Part shown: one piece after another, positions 38,008 through 50,872 of the stretch
Layout of the letters: each line of letters begins with the position of its first letter
How positions within the stretch are numbered: position 1 is the first letter of the stretch
Assembly (NCBI GenBank): GCA_002633005.1
Contig: NMRA01000776.1
Coordinates: 54,817-118,816, forward strand
DNA: 64,000 nt
Source of the DNA: Phoronis australis
Taxonomy: Eukaryota > Animalia > Phoronida
Direction: 5' to 3'
Program-made: the position numbers and the translations under genes
The notes under the pieces: generated by a model
Told to the model about the DNA's origin: nothing
What the model saw: only the letters and a program-made list of their open reading frames with translations
Databases searched by the model: none

Positions 38008-40769
38008 CAGTGGCGGATCTACGGGGGGTTCAGGGGGTTTAAACCCCCCCTCGGGCCAGGACCCAAAAAATTTAAAAAAAACAAAGAAAACAAAAACGTC
38101 TCCAGCAAAACAAAAACGGCACCGTCAGCGTGTGTAAACCCCAAGTAAACCAACTTGGAAAAAATGAGTGGGGGGATGCACTCTGAAAATATATTTTTTT
38201 TGCATTGTGGATTGATGTCACGAAAATCAACGCATTTCGAGTTTTCGTGGCTCATCGGCAAAACCCCGGAGATCAATTGTGCGCGCGCTTTCGTCGACAC
38301 TTCTGAAGTAGCCAAGCATTTTAGATGGATCCACCGCTGAAAGAGCAGCTCTATAGCTGATTTCTTTAGGTAACTAGTTTCATTACTCTAAGATATGTTT
38401 TGATTTGATTAGGGGAAATACTATGGTGCCGCAACCCTGATATTCAGGCGAATTGACGTGCAACGTTTTTAGCTCATCTGTCATGCCGTGTCATCCTATT
38501 ACACTCCACACGTTTGTAACTCGAATTTGACTGGTGTATAGAAACGTTGTCTTGCGCAGTATCATACAGTGTACATGTACATGTAATACTTTTGAAAAAA
38601 AAACTCGTTTTCCGAAAACTTGCTATTGTGGCAGGCTCCGTGGTATGGTTGCCAGTCTGTTCAAAGATGCACTCTAACAAGTTATGCCTATAGAGCTGGA
38701 ATGACCAAGGGGGCACTCACATTGACAAAGCTAGTGACCGCATTCGCTGACAGTGTACAGTACCAGAAATTGCGGGAGGCTGTATTTTCACAACAAAGTC
38801 TTGCAGGACTCGTGCGATGTTCAATAGGCCTCCTAAGGATCTCTAGTGCCGACCTCAACACCTACCGTCTTTCTACCTGCAATAAGCACCACTGCCGTTT
38901 TCTATACTGGGAATTTCCGCATAAAGGCCCACCCGACGAAACGTCCATGCCCACGGGCATTTATTTGATGTTAGTACTTCGGGGTTCAAGCGTTCAGACA
39001 TTGGGACGTTTATTTTGAAAATTTGCAAGAGATGCAAATGGGTCGTGGGATACATCGTCAAGGCGTGAAGTAGTTCATGATGAACGGATCAAATTTAGTT
39101 GCGCATGCTATAAGTCTTTTGAATGGACTTGGTAACCTCAGGGGGCTTAGTGCCAACTGAGCTGCAAAACAAGATGCTGACATTGTAGAGGCGTACAAGC
39201 TCATTAACACAGCAGTTGACGAAGTGCAAGTGTTGGGAACAAACGTCGAAGATGTCTGGGTAGAATGGTACATGTACGTTCCAAGAGGAGCAAACCATTG
39301 GATCCGATGTACAGATTCCTCGACAGTCTAGACAACAGAAAGATAGGACCAACGTTCCTGGAGAAACACCCAGGTAATAAGTTATAATTGTACACAATTT
39401 GTAATAATGTCGGTTTTTTATGGTTTTGTACAATGAAAACGAAATAGAAATTATTTTTGGACATGCCAAGCCAAGTTTACCCAGTACAGTAGAGGGTCTA
39501 CGAGCGCACAGAAACTGATTCTGGTTTGTGTTTCTACTTGAGTCTATCTGCTTCATATCCAAAATCTATTTCACGTAGTTAAATCTGTACTCAATACTTG
39601 TTTCTTAAAGTGAGTACTACAGAACGATGCGAAAACCCTTCCTAGACAACCTCTCGCAGCAGTTGACCACCAGATGTGTAAACTACACGTATGAGCAACC
39701 ACTGGGAATTAAAATGTGTCTAGAGAGAAGTTTTCAATTCAAAATTTTTTGAAAAGTACGTTTTAGGTCTCGCGACGGACCAGGCCAGCTTAATTTGTGT
39801 AAATACCGAGTTTCAGTGTACTTCTGGTCCCTCGGCGAACTAGTCTTGTGATGTTTTTTACCAAAGTATGCTTTATAAAACTATTTATCTCAGCCAGTAC
39901 TATTTGGTCCCGCGAGAGATCGACCATTTTTATAGGGATAATAAGCATAGGTGTACTTTTGGTCTCGTGACGGACCAGGCAAGAGTTTTTGTGTACTCTC
40001 AGTGTACATCTGGTCTCACTGCGAACTGCTCCTGTACATCTTTTGAGAACGGTGTACAGAACCTTTTGGTTTCGTGAAACTGTTTTCAGATGATTTGTTT
40101 CCTGATACATTTGATGTTTTTCAATTGTTGTCAACGTGATTCAGCTTAATAAAGTGATACTTAATTGTTTATTGTCACTTTTAATAATAGACTATGAGCT
40201 GAGAGCACCATCGTTTGCCAGTTTTTCTCGTAACGAGACAGAAAACATGTTTATTTCTGGACTAACAGTACAGGTCTTCGTTATTAAACAGCTTGAGGCT
40301 GTTGCGATCATCTGATATTCAAGTTTTTACGCCACGTCGGTGCTCCTTATGCTCTTGAATATTTGGTAGTTGTCCAAACCCCTGTATACACACCACACTT
40401 TTTCGTATGCTAAAAAGGTGTGTGTAAGCAGATGTTCCAACAAAAAAAAAATTGCTGGTGGTGTGACTCATACCCAGATGTGCACAAATATGGTTTCACG
40501 AAACTTATGAGCCAAGTTCATGTGACGAAATCGAGAAGGGTTTTTAATTATCTTAAGAAAAACTCCAGGGATATGTTAAGTGCCAGAAACGTACCAGGAT
40601 GCATGGAAATTTCACTGTTTGGCTACAAAAACAAAAAGTTGTCTTACATGGGAGGGGGTTTACCTCCCTCCCGACCTCCGCCCCCCGCTCGGCAACACGC
40701 GCCTCGGATTCGACCTTTTAGGGGATTCCTAACCCCCCCCCCCTTACTGAAAACGTAGATCCGCCACTG
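38008..40769 (+). mobile_element. Decayed hAT element (PRKRIR/THAP12-like transposase) with a 5-bp TSD
   Basis: Perfect 16-bp TIRs CAGTGGCGGATCTACG; TSD TGCCT at 38003-38007 and 40770-40774. Frameshifted remnants read WDTSSRRE, LRGLSA..KQDADIVEAYKLI..., IPRQSRQQKDRTNVPGETP | EYYRTMRKPFLDNLSQQLTTR, and TAPV.SFE (dimerisation-domain-like). Confidence 0.8.
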
Positions 40770-41605
40770 TGCCTTAATTTGTATGAGCCGGCGATTGGGA
40801 CTTTGATTGTCAATAACATGTGGTGCTCCAACATCTCGACTTGGACAGTGGACAAAATATGCAGCTGGACCACTCACGCAAATGACGCCAAATATTTATG
40901 TCAAAATAAAGTATCCCATGATTTGTTTTTTTTTAAATTTTGCTGCGAGACCAACTGTACCGTTTTATGAACCCAGGCGTATCGTTTAGTTGTGAACATA
41001 CCTAGAGTCGCCGTGAACAAAATGGTTGTGCTCGTATGCGCCACCAATAGGCGACGCGAACATTTGTTTGATTTGCTTAAAATGCTTATAGCTGCGTTAC
41101 GGGTTTAAGGCTTCGCTTAAATTTCCTAACCAAATCGTCTCGAAGTAGGCCCCTAGTTAAATTTGCACTTCCCAATATAGAATACAGTATGAGTTTTAGT
41201 TCACGTCATCTGTGTTATATTCTTTCCCGGTGGTTAAAGTAATTTATTCTTAATTGTTTTATTTTACTTTAACGACTTTGTCATTTTTCAAGCCACTGAA
41301 CTGAAGTTCAGTGTCATTGGCATGTGGAACGCCGACGTCACGACCAGTGACGGTGGACCAAAGGTGACGCTGCAGGTTCATTTTCATCACAGGCACTAGA
41401 GTCGAAAGGTGTGGTTCCGTTCAGATATAAACGTTAAGAAATATTTACATTTCGATTTAATTCACAAAAATTTTAAAGTCTAGAGTGCATGCCACCTATT
41501 GGTCACATCACGTGACCTAAGTGGACATAAGTTGGAGTGCAGACCAGATTTAAAATGCGGTGATTCACACCTGTATACATGTATTTCCACGCCGGTTCAA
41601 AATTT

Positions 41606-41626
41606 ACACACACGCACGCACACACA

Positions 41627-41662
<36 letters not shown>

Positions 41663-41690
41663 CTCACACGCAAACACACACACACACATA
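41606..41690. repeat. (CA)n/(CACG)n microsatellite
   Basis: Read directly from the sequence. Confidence 0.95.
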
Positions 41691-42189
41691 TAGGCCCATA
41701 TGTACACTTTGTTTTAATGTTTTGAATCATCCTTTTGCTTTCCAAACCAACTTTCTTGTAATTAATGTACGGTAATTTACACTTCATTAGTGCATTTTTA
41801 GTTTCCAGTTCATGACTGAGGTAAGAGTCCTTTTGTAAGGTTCTGTTTTCTGAAAGTGGAAGCGCTGTGGAATTTGATTTTCTTCTTTTCACCAACCCGA
41901 GATTATTTCGTCCACATGACCATGTCTTTAAAAAGCAGTAAAAATTAAAGGTACATTCATATTAAAACAGTTCTATGAACAACAAGATCGAATTTCGATA
42001 AAAATGTTCAAGACGAGATCTCAATAACGCTGTTATTTTTTCTAAAATATAATCATTTAATTTTGTAACAGTGTTTAAAGCATAGTATAAATTTGAAATC
42101 CATCCATTTTCAAGATACGATGCTACAACGTTAACCCTATTTTGACGTAGCCTTAGGCTTTTAAATAACGTGATCACGCAGTTCCCTGA

Positions 42190-42324
42190 CGTCGCAACCA
42201 CATGGAGTGTGGGGCTAAAGCCCCCCAGCCCCCTTGTGTTGCGCCGCCTAGACCATGGGCGGCGCAGCAGTAAAAAAGTGGGGCTATAGCCCCCCCCCCA
42301 TCCCCCTATGGTGCGCCGCCCATA
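42190..42324 (+). mobile_element. Dimer of a ~70-bp hAT-like mini element (ends CATGGGCGGCGCA...TGCGCCGCCCAT)
   Basis: An inverted copy of the same dimer lies at ~50998-51138 and a monomer at ~11005-11074. Confidence 0.55.
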
Positions 42325-43550
42325 AACCAGTGACCGCTATAGAAACGGTAAGAAACCGGAAGTTGCCACTTAACTGAACAACGGGTTTGTACTAGTATGC
42401 CACCATTGAAATTTGACTCGAAATTGGGTCAGGTGTGATGGAACAAATGTGGATGAAATGGCGCGTGATGAGACGGCGTTCAGTGGTTACTTCAAAATCT
42501 CATTGGTAAAAACAATTAAATTTTGTGTGTATGAAAATACTGATGGAATAAAACCCTATACAATAAACACGAACAAAAACGAAGTCAGTAATACAGTCAC
42601 GTGATCAGTGAAGTTTTCCACTTTCACAGCTTCGTCGCTTTATCTTTCATTACTGTATTCGTCGATTCACATTCCACAAAACAAAATACACAATTCAGGT
42701 GACATGATATATTCCATGTCGAGGGTTAATGTTGCACAATATGAATTGCTTTTTCTATTTGAGCGACTTTTCTATAATGTCTAACCTCTGGACTTGATTT
42801 ATTTGTTTGTCTATCAAGGGGACTTCGACGCGTATTTTCCCGTTGTAAACGGCCCAATTTTACATACCTTTCTCCTCACGGCATGTTACACACAAACTAC
42901 ACATGATCTGCACGCATGAGTCACTGACGTAAACGCCCGTAAGCATACATTTTTTAACATTGGTTACTTTTGGGTGCATTAAAGTTCTACTCGTTTTTGT
43001 CAGAATTGATTGAACACACGACACTTTTCGTTGTTGACAGTCTTTATTCGTTATTGTCAACCTATTGTCCTTTTTCCTGGATCCCCGTCTCGTTAGCCCA
43101 TATTGCCTTGAATCTGAAATCAAAGTAACCGAATGCAATTTAAAGTGTGAATAACATGAGGAACCGGCATTTAGACATGTTAAATGTAATTTTGTGTACA
43201 CATCCTTGTTTGTTTTATTCCACACAACCAATAATTAAATACAATTAACGGGAGTACGAACAACGACATCTGACGTCTTTTCACGCTAAACACAATTGAG
43301 TATGACCAGCGCTGTGATTGGTTGTTCCCGATTCTGCGTAGTATGTGTCGACCAATAAATGATGGCAACTCGATATTAGCTAATTAACTTAGTGTTTGCG
43401 GGTGTTCTAATTTGACAGGTGATTACTGTTGGGTTCGTTTGTTTTTTTTTTTTGGTGTTTTGACATGCAATGGGTGGTTTTAATGTCGCTGTAATACATC
43501 AGGTGGCGCTTTGCCGAATCAATTAACCAAGTGATAACCCCCATTTACCA

Positions 43551-46500
43551 CCTGAATACATTAAAAATTGGAGGCCAATCTCCTTACTAAATTCAAGTTA
43601 TAAACTATTATCAGCATGAATTGCACAAAGGATAAAATCTGTTTTAAATAAGTTAATTCATCCTAATCAAACTGGGTTTCTCCCAGGTCGTTTTATCGGG
43701 GAGAACACCAGCGTGATTTATGACATCTTACAATATACTCAAGTTAAGGATATTCCCGGACTTCTGGTTTTAATTGATTTTGAAAAAGCCTTTGATTCTG
43801 TGTCCTGGGGATTTCTTAAGAAAGCTCTACACTATTTCAATTTTGGTGACGATGTTATTCGTTGGTTCACAATAATCAACGAAAATGTCCAACTTTCGGT
43901 CATTCAGTATCATGGGTTTTCGTCTAAGTACTTTAACATTTGCCGAGGTTGCAGACAAAGGGATCCCCTTTCACCTTATATTTTTTTGTTGTGTGCCGAA
44001 ATTATGGCATCTATGTTGAGGCAATGCGAGAACGTTAAAGGCATAAAAGTAGGCTCTTTAGAGTATAAATTAATGCAATATGCAGACGACACAGTCATCT
44101 TTGTAGATGGTTCAGAGACCTCTTTAAAATCGTCACTTAACCTTCTTGATCAGTTTGCTAAGTATTCAGGTTTGACACCCAATATCGATAAAACTGTTTG
44201 TATATGGATTGGTTCTAAGATATGTTGTGGTGATAAGCTTTGCTGTGAAAAAGATTTTAAGTGAGCAAGTTCCCAGTTCACATCTCTTGGAATTACCTTC
44301 TCTGTCAACTTACAGGACATGGTTCACTTAAACTACGATGTAAAATTAAACGAGGTTAGAAAAGGCATTGGAAATTGGTCAAAAAGAAATTTACCTTTGG
44401 TAAGATAACGGTTGTTAAATCTTTTTTATTACCAAAACTGATTCACCTCTTTTACACACTTCCTCTTCCAAGTGCTACTTTTTTAAGGACATTGAAAAAA
44501 TATTTTTTAATTTTATAAGGGGTACCTCTTCTGATAGAATCTCTAGAAAAACCATGGTACAGAAATCTTAAGATGGAGGTGGGAATATGGTCCATATTGC
44601 GTCATTTGTCAAAGCTATTAAACTGACTTTGATTCGAAGATGCTTCAAAAATTATTATAACAATACTTCTCCTTGGCTAAATATTTTATGTGAAATTATT
44701 CCTAATATAAAAAATGACTCTTTTCAGTTTAGGTTCTTGATTTTTCCTTAAGTATCTAACCGTTCCAAGAATATCTTTTGGAAGGATATTTTTATATCGT
44801 ATACGAATTTATCAATCTGTGTGATATAGATGACCCTTTGTACCAACCTTTGTGGTATAACCCGAAAATTTGCATAGACAGTAGTTCAATTTTTTGGAAC
44901 GAGTGGTTTCAAAAGGGTATACGGTACGTATAAGATTTAATTGACCTTGATAAAGGATATATTTATGATTATCATACCTTTTGTACACGTTTTCAATTTT
45001 GTTCTTGTATTACTCATTTTATGGAATTCGAAGTTCAATACTTCGTTCTTGGAATCGTCTAAGAGACAAGAGTACTATAGTCACTCCACTTTTTCCAGAA
45101 CATATTTTTCGAATCTCCTCGGAAAATAAAGGGGCGGGGAAAATCTATGAATTATCCATTTCCAAATTGTATGTAAAACCTGTCGCAGAATTGAAGTGGG
45201 AGAGAGAAATTAACTTATGCGATGGTACTCAATCTTGGAAAAAAAATCATTCTGTAATTTATCATTATACTTCCAATGTCAGACTCAGATGGTTTCTATT
45301 CCGTATCAACAACAGACTTATTGGTACAAACTCTTATTTAAAGAAAATAGGTGTTAGTGAATCGTCTTTATGTTCTTTCTGTGAGCAACATGAAGAAACA
45401 ACTCTACATTTGTATTGGGAATGTTCGCTTGTTCAGAAGTTTTGGGGATGTTTAAAAACATAAATGATAAATCAGTGCAATTTCCCTCTGCAGTTAAGTA
45501 TCAGTCCACGGATCCACCGACCACAGTACAGCCAACAAGCGGCAAGGTGGGGGGTCAACCATTCAGATCCGTGTTTAGTCTGATAAATCACATTAGGGAT
45601 GAGAGAAAATGGGTGAAGTATGACACCACAAAGTTTGGTGGTTTAGGAGATACAAGGGAAGTGTTCTGGGGGGCAAAATGAGGCAATTTCTGGGTGTGGA
45701 ATGAGTCATTTTTGACCAAATTTTCTACTCCAGTTTCTGCTTCAAACAGAATCGTTTCTGAACAATTTTGATATCACATGATAGGTTCATGATCAATGTC
45801 AATAAAAACGGCACCGACACTGCAATATCGGTTACCATGGTAACACTGGAACTGTTTCCGTGGAGGTACGTTTCCGTCTTGTGAAAAACCAGCAGTAAGC
45901 TGTACCCTTATAGCGAAGCTGCCCCCACGAGAAAACTAAAAATAATAACATGAACATGTAGAAGACTCCATGCCCTTGAAATTAATACAATAAAAACTTT
46001 GTCAGCCCTTCAGGCAGGCTTGGTAATAGGTGTCTGAATTTCACTATTTTCAGACCGCGTATGTGTATTTGTCATGTTAAACCAGTCACTAGTTGTGCGC
46101 CGTTTCTACGCATTAATATGCCGTGGTATAATACAACAATTAAAACAATTGGTTTGCTTAAATGTTTTTAATTAATTTTAAGGACACTAGCATTTCCCAA
46201 TAAAATATGAAATTATACTAAATTTGTTCATCCAATTCGTCTGAATACCAAACTAAAGCTTACAATGCGTTAGTTGAATGATGGCTGACCTAAAGTGCGG
46301 GTTTGCGAATTTATCTATTTATCTGGCACTGCCAGTCGCATCGAATGTGGTATTTCTACAAATTGCGGAGAGAAACAACTTTGGAAACTCTAGGGAAATG
46401 CACAAGGTATAGAGCGAGACATTTGAGCACCTTATAAGAGTACGTGGAGCTGATGTGGAGGTGGAACGTGTCCTCCTGAGTAGTCTGTCTCAGTGTCTGC

Positions 46501-49500
46501 CTCGGAGGCACTGTGTGCAGCAGGAGCTACATAATCTACCGTATTAGGTTCACTTGCCCGAATCATCGTTACAACACTCGAGATATGTTGGCGTCGCCAA
46601 AGACACTTAGAACATTCACTGCACACTAGAGGAGAAATCTGATAGAGGTCTGAAAAATTACCAAAGACGTTTAAAGTCAAGGTTCAACGTCCTGCTTCGT
46701 GTGAGCTCAGGTAGGAATCACTAAACTCCAGGGTCTGACCCTGAGGAATATTTTTAGAAGCCCGTCATTCATGCAAAAATACTTTTATTGACACACCGTG
46801 ATTGCTTATAACTTGGGCCTTATTGCTTAATCATATCTTATTCAAATGTGTTGATGTTTATGCAACTACATGTATACATTGGCATAGAAAATAGGTAGTC
46901 ATCATAACTTTTCATAACAACCACCAAATGTGTAACATGACTTCTGCCCATGAACTACTTTTAGAGACTAGGGAGTATGTTTTGTCTTCCAATGATTTTC
47001 TGCGATTATGAAGTTAATTAAACATGCTAAAGCCGTCAAAAATATTGGTGCCTTCACTTTAGCTTGGTATTCATATTTTGTGAGCCGAAATGGCCACATT
47101 AAATTTAATATGTTTAATTTTTCATTAATACAATTTTAGGAATCAGGAAAGGCTTATGCTGAAGAAGTGGCTTCTGCTGAAGTTGGAGACTTGCCGATTA
47201 TTAGTAAAGGTTGGGTATGGAAAAGTTCACAACCAGCAAGAAGGTACCCTTCTGGACAACTAAGTGAGGGGGCTAGAGAGAGGCCGAAAAGTCTACTCCC
47301 AGAAGATATGTCAAAGAGAATTTGTAGCTTGAGGAACGAGTTGGGGAAAAAGTATTTGCCAAAGATTACTGGCTTATACCACAACAGGTCCAAAGTAATT
47401 TGTTGAGATAGGCCACTTTCAGCAAATGTGGGGAAACTGGGACAGAGGAAGTGGAGTATGCATAGAAAGAGGCAATCTGCGATTGTCAAGGATGTAGCAT
47501 TGTAAAAATTCAAAGGGAGGAAACAGTACAGTGGCTGGACCTGTAAATACTCTGGCTGATCTGCTAAATCCAGTGGGGGCATTATTGTATCAGCACAGCT
47601 GTGTAGGGAAGTAGGCTTGTGTGTTGTCGCAAGCTTTGTTTGCACCAGAACTGCTTGTGTGAACAGCACAAATCTAAAATTTACCTAGTCTAAGACTGAA
47701 TTTTTGTCCAGGCACGGATTATGATCCTGGGCCACATGGTAATGGTACATTGTTCATTTTGTTTAGCCACTGGATTTTTTGGTCTGACAGGATTTCTCAG
47801 TGTCGCCATCACATTTAGATGATTTCTGACCACTGTACTATTCCTTTTCCTTGAAGATGCGTAATTGATCTGAATTTATGTTTCCGCATTTTATTTACCA
47901 TTATAGATTTTTGTTTGTAAATGGGTATATATTACTGAAATTTGAGACCCTGTTGCAGTTAGGCTGGTTTTGTTAACTTATCTTTCTGCCTGGGTTGTAA
48001 ACCCATATTCTGTCCAGGAGGTAATAAGTTTTGATTTAGACCATTTACCTCTATAAACTTTGCTCAGTTTGTTCCTTATCCAGATGGGAAGTGATTTCTG
48101 GAATTGTAGCGAATTGACAGTTTGCTATTCCTTGAGACCATGCTGTGTGTATAAAATCGCACACTATTAGTCTGGTCTCTAGCAATTGCATATTGCCAGA
48201 TCTTTCAAAGTTCTGAAATTGCTCAAAAGTGACCTGGAAGTAATACCTATTTCGTGATGGTAAAATATCTAAATCAAAAGTTGTTTTATGTGATTTTAGG
48301 CGAGTTTATGTCCACTTCAAATGATTTTTTGTTGCAGTACTGAAAAGTATTGGCACATTAGCTCTGGTGGCTCCTTGTTTTTTTGGCGAATTGACCATTT
48401 TATGGTTCCCATGGGTAATTTTGTTACTGGTCTAGTATGTATGTACATCTGTAATCGTAGGGCAATTGTAATGCAAACCATGTTGCAAAAGTATTTTTTC
48501 ATGACCATTTCATTGTAAAATGCTGCCTAATTGGAACCGACAAGCCAATTTTTCATTTTGTGGTGGTTAGTTTTGATAAGAACATTGATGTGGTAAATAC
48601 AGCTACCTCAAGTTTGTGAAGAAGAGATTTCCAGTGTTGTCAGCGATATTGCGAAATCACTTTTTCGCAGTGAGACTACATCACCTTAAATGTAATTCCC
48701 TGACTTTATGAGCTTTGTGTGGTTGACTCTGTCCTGTAGCAATTAGAGTGTTGAAAAGATCTAGAAGGCAATTTTTTATTAGAGTCATAACATTTGCACT
48801 TTTGACTGTACAGTTATCTTTGCATTGTATTACGAAAACATATTTTGTAGTACACAAGTCTCTGGTTGGTATTTTATATTTTTTCACAAGGAATATTTTC
48901 AACTTAGATGAGTTGTCTGTGAGGTAGGCAATTTTCAAATAAGATAATGAATAAAATTGTCAAACATTGTTTTATTTTTTAGATGTGTGATCTTCCAATA
49001 AGTGATTACTTTTAAAAAACCTGTGCAGAATTTGATTTTTACTCTTCATTTGAAGGAGAATAAATCCATAAACCTGCATTGTCTAGAAATTTTACTCAAA
49101 CTACATATTACAGGGTTGGAGATTGGAATCTTAATACAACAGAGTCTGAACCCGTACCATGAGCAATACAACACAATACACGGATATAAAAATTTGGTGT
49201 TTAGGTTCCACGGAAAGGATTCGTGTGCGCGGTAATAGTTACTAAGGTGCGTGGTCATTGTTTGTGGATACTTTGGGATTCCTCTTCTGTGGTCATCCAC
49301 GGGAAACCTGGTCGCATAGAGAACAATAGATTAGCATCTTCATTGTTTCCGTTGTTATAATAAAGATATAATGACGAGCACTTATCGGCAACGGTCTGAT
49401 GTACGCAAGGTTCTATATCCATGCGACCTGTGTTGTTACATCCAACAATGACACAACAAAGGAAAACAATGATAGGACCGATGGGCGAAAAACATGCGAC

Positions 49501-50872
49501 GAGTTGCCATGGACAGTGGTGGAGTTTGTCTTGTCATTCGAATGTTTTTACAGAACTGCAAACCCGGTATTTCGTCAGGAAAATTTCTGCGGTCTTTTGT
49601 TTTAAGTCGTGGGAAAAATTGCGGTCATGCAACCAAACTTATCCTTCATTTGATATTACAATGCATTGCATGAACATTTGATCAACAGAAAATCTGACTT
49701 GAATATGTGTGAAGAAATACCCATGAGGAAATTGCAAAGTAAAACAACTGTAAATCAAAATAACCTACATTTGTCGAGTTCATGTCTAACCCTGTTCACT
49801 GTGGAGGACATAATCGGCTTTTTACAAAATGGAGCCATGTATGGTATTTAGGGGTACTATAGCCCTAAGTGATCAGTAGTAAAACGTTCAAAACATTCAG
49901 GAGGAACTAACTTGTTGCAAAATATCGAAAAACATGAAGGACAATCGGATTTTACGGTGCTCACGCATCGATCTCAGATATATGAAAATTTCTCATTTTA
50001 GTACATTTGAGGTGCCAAAATATATAACTAATAAACTGGCTGACAAAGTTTTTATTTTATGAAATGAAAGTAACATGTTTTGTCAACATTTTGGCTAAGT
50101 TTCATTCTCATAACAGTGGGGGCAGATTTGGTACAGCAGTGTACTGAACACAACCTCAAAATGGCATAACGGGGGGCAGTGTAGTAAAACTACTAAATGA
50201 GGGTGGTAAATCGGAATCGTGTTTCAAGACATCTGTGTAACAATCTACAGGCACCACTAAACAATGCCAAGTGAATAATAAATCAATAGCTTTCATTCAA
50301 GGAAAAATATGAACAGTTAAAACTGGACAGTTTTTATACCGTGAAAACATGGCTGCGAAGCCGTAAAATGTGTTTGAGCCTATAACTTTAGAAAAACGCA
50401 ATATTTTCAAGAAATATTTTACCGCTGTTTATAGATCCCATAGGACTACCTATGTGCCAAATTTGGTGAAAATCGGTTGACCCCCACCTTGCCGCTCATG
50501 GTTGGTGCTCTCGTGGACTAGTACTTAAATATGTCTTCCGCCTTGTTTGGAGACCCAGCCTGTAGATTAGAAGTTGTAAATTTAATTCATTGCTAAGCGA
50601 AATTTCATTTATGTAGACAAAGACTGCAAAAGACTAAGCCCAATTTTCAGTCATTTCTACGTGAGGTATGTGATTACTACAACCTGGAAAAATCATTTAA
50701 AATGATAAATTGGACCTTGAGAGATTCCAGGCAAGGTGGTCTTCTTTTTTGCCTAACTAGCTTTTATAGGGTCCGATAATGTTCGTAATTTGTTTGATGT
50801 ACACTTAACTAGATTTCATATTGCTTCACAACTATGTACTGATTGGTAGAATTAATAAATGTTTAAAAAAAA
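43551..50872 (+). mobile_element. 5'-truncated Tx1/L1-clade LINE (decayed ORF2: RT plus C-terminal CCHC), interrupted at 45498-50524
   Basis: KNWRPISLLN, QTGFLPGR, LIDFEKAFDSV, RGCRQRDPLSP, QYADD and CSFCEQHEETTLHLYWEC. The ORF resumes after the inserted element (LQ|LNMSSALFG...PNFQSFLREVCDYYNLEK...RFQARW). It ends in aataaa plus an A tail, with an imperfect TSD aacccc(c)at(t/a)tac at ~43536 and ~50871. Stops and frameshifts are present. Confidence 0.9.
45498..50524. mobile_element. 5.0-kb TIR DNA transposon inserted at TTAA inside the LINE (superfamily uncertain)
   Basis: TTAA at 45494-45497 and 50525-50528. The TIRs begin GTA(TC/CT)AGTCCACG and share a perfect AGCGGCAAGGTGGGGGTCAACC core. 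Removing the element and one TTAA restores the LINE reading frame. Confidence 0.8.

Noticed and set aside
45502-50520. Academ interpretation of the nested element (CAG/TAG ends with a gtat/gtac 4-bp TSD)
   Set aside because: That empty site would leave 8 extra nt and a stop in LINE ORF2, whereas a TTAA TSD restores the frame.
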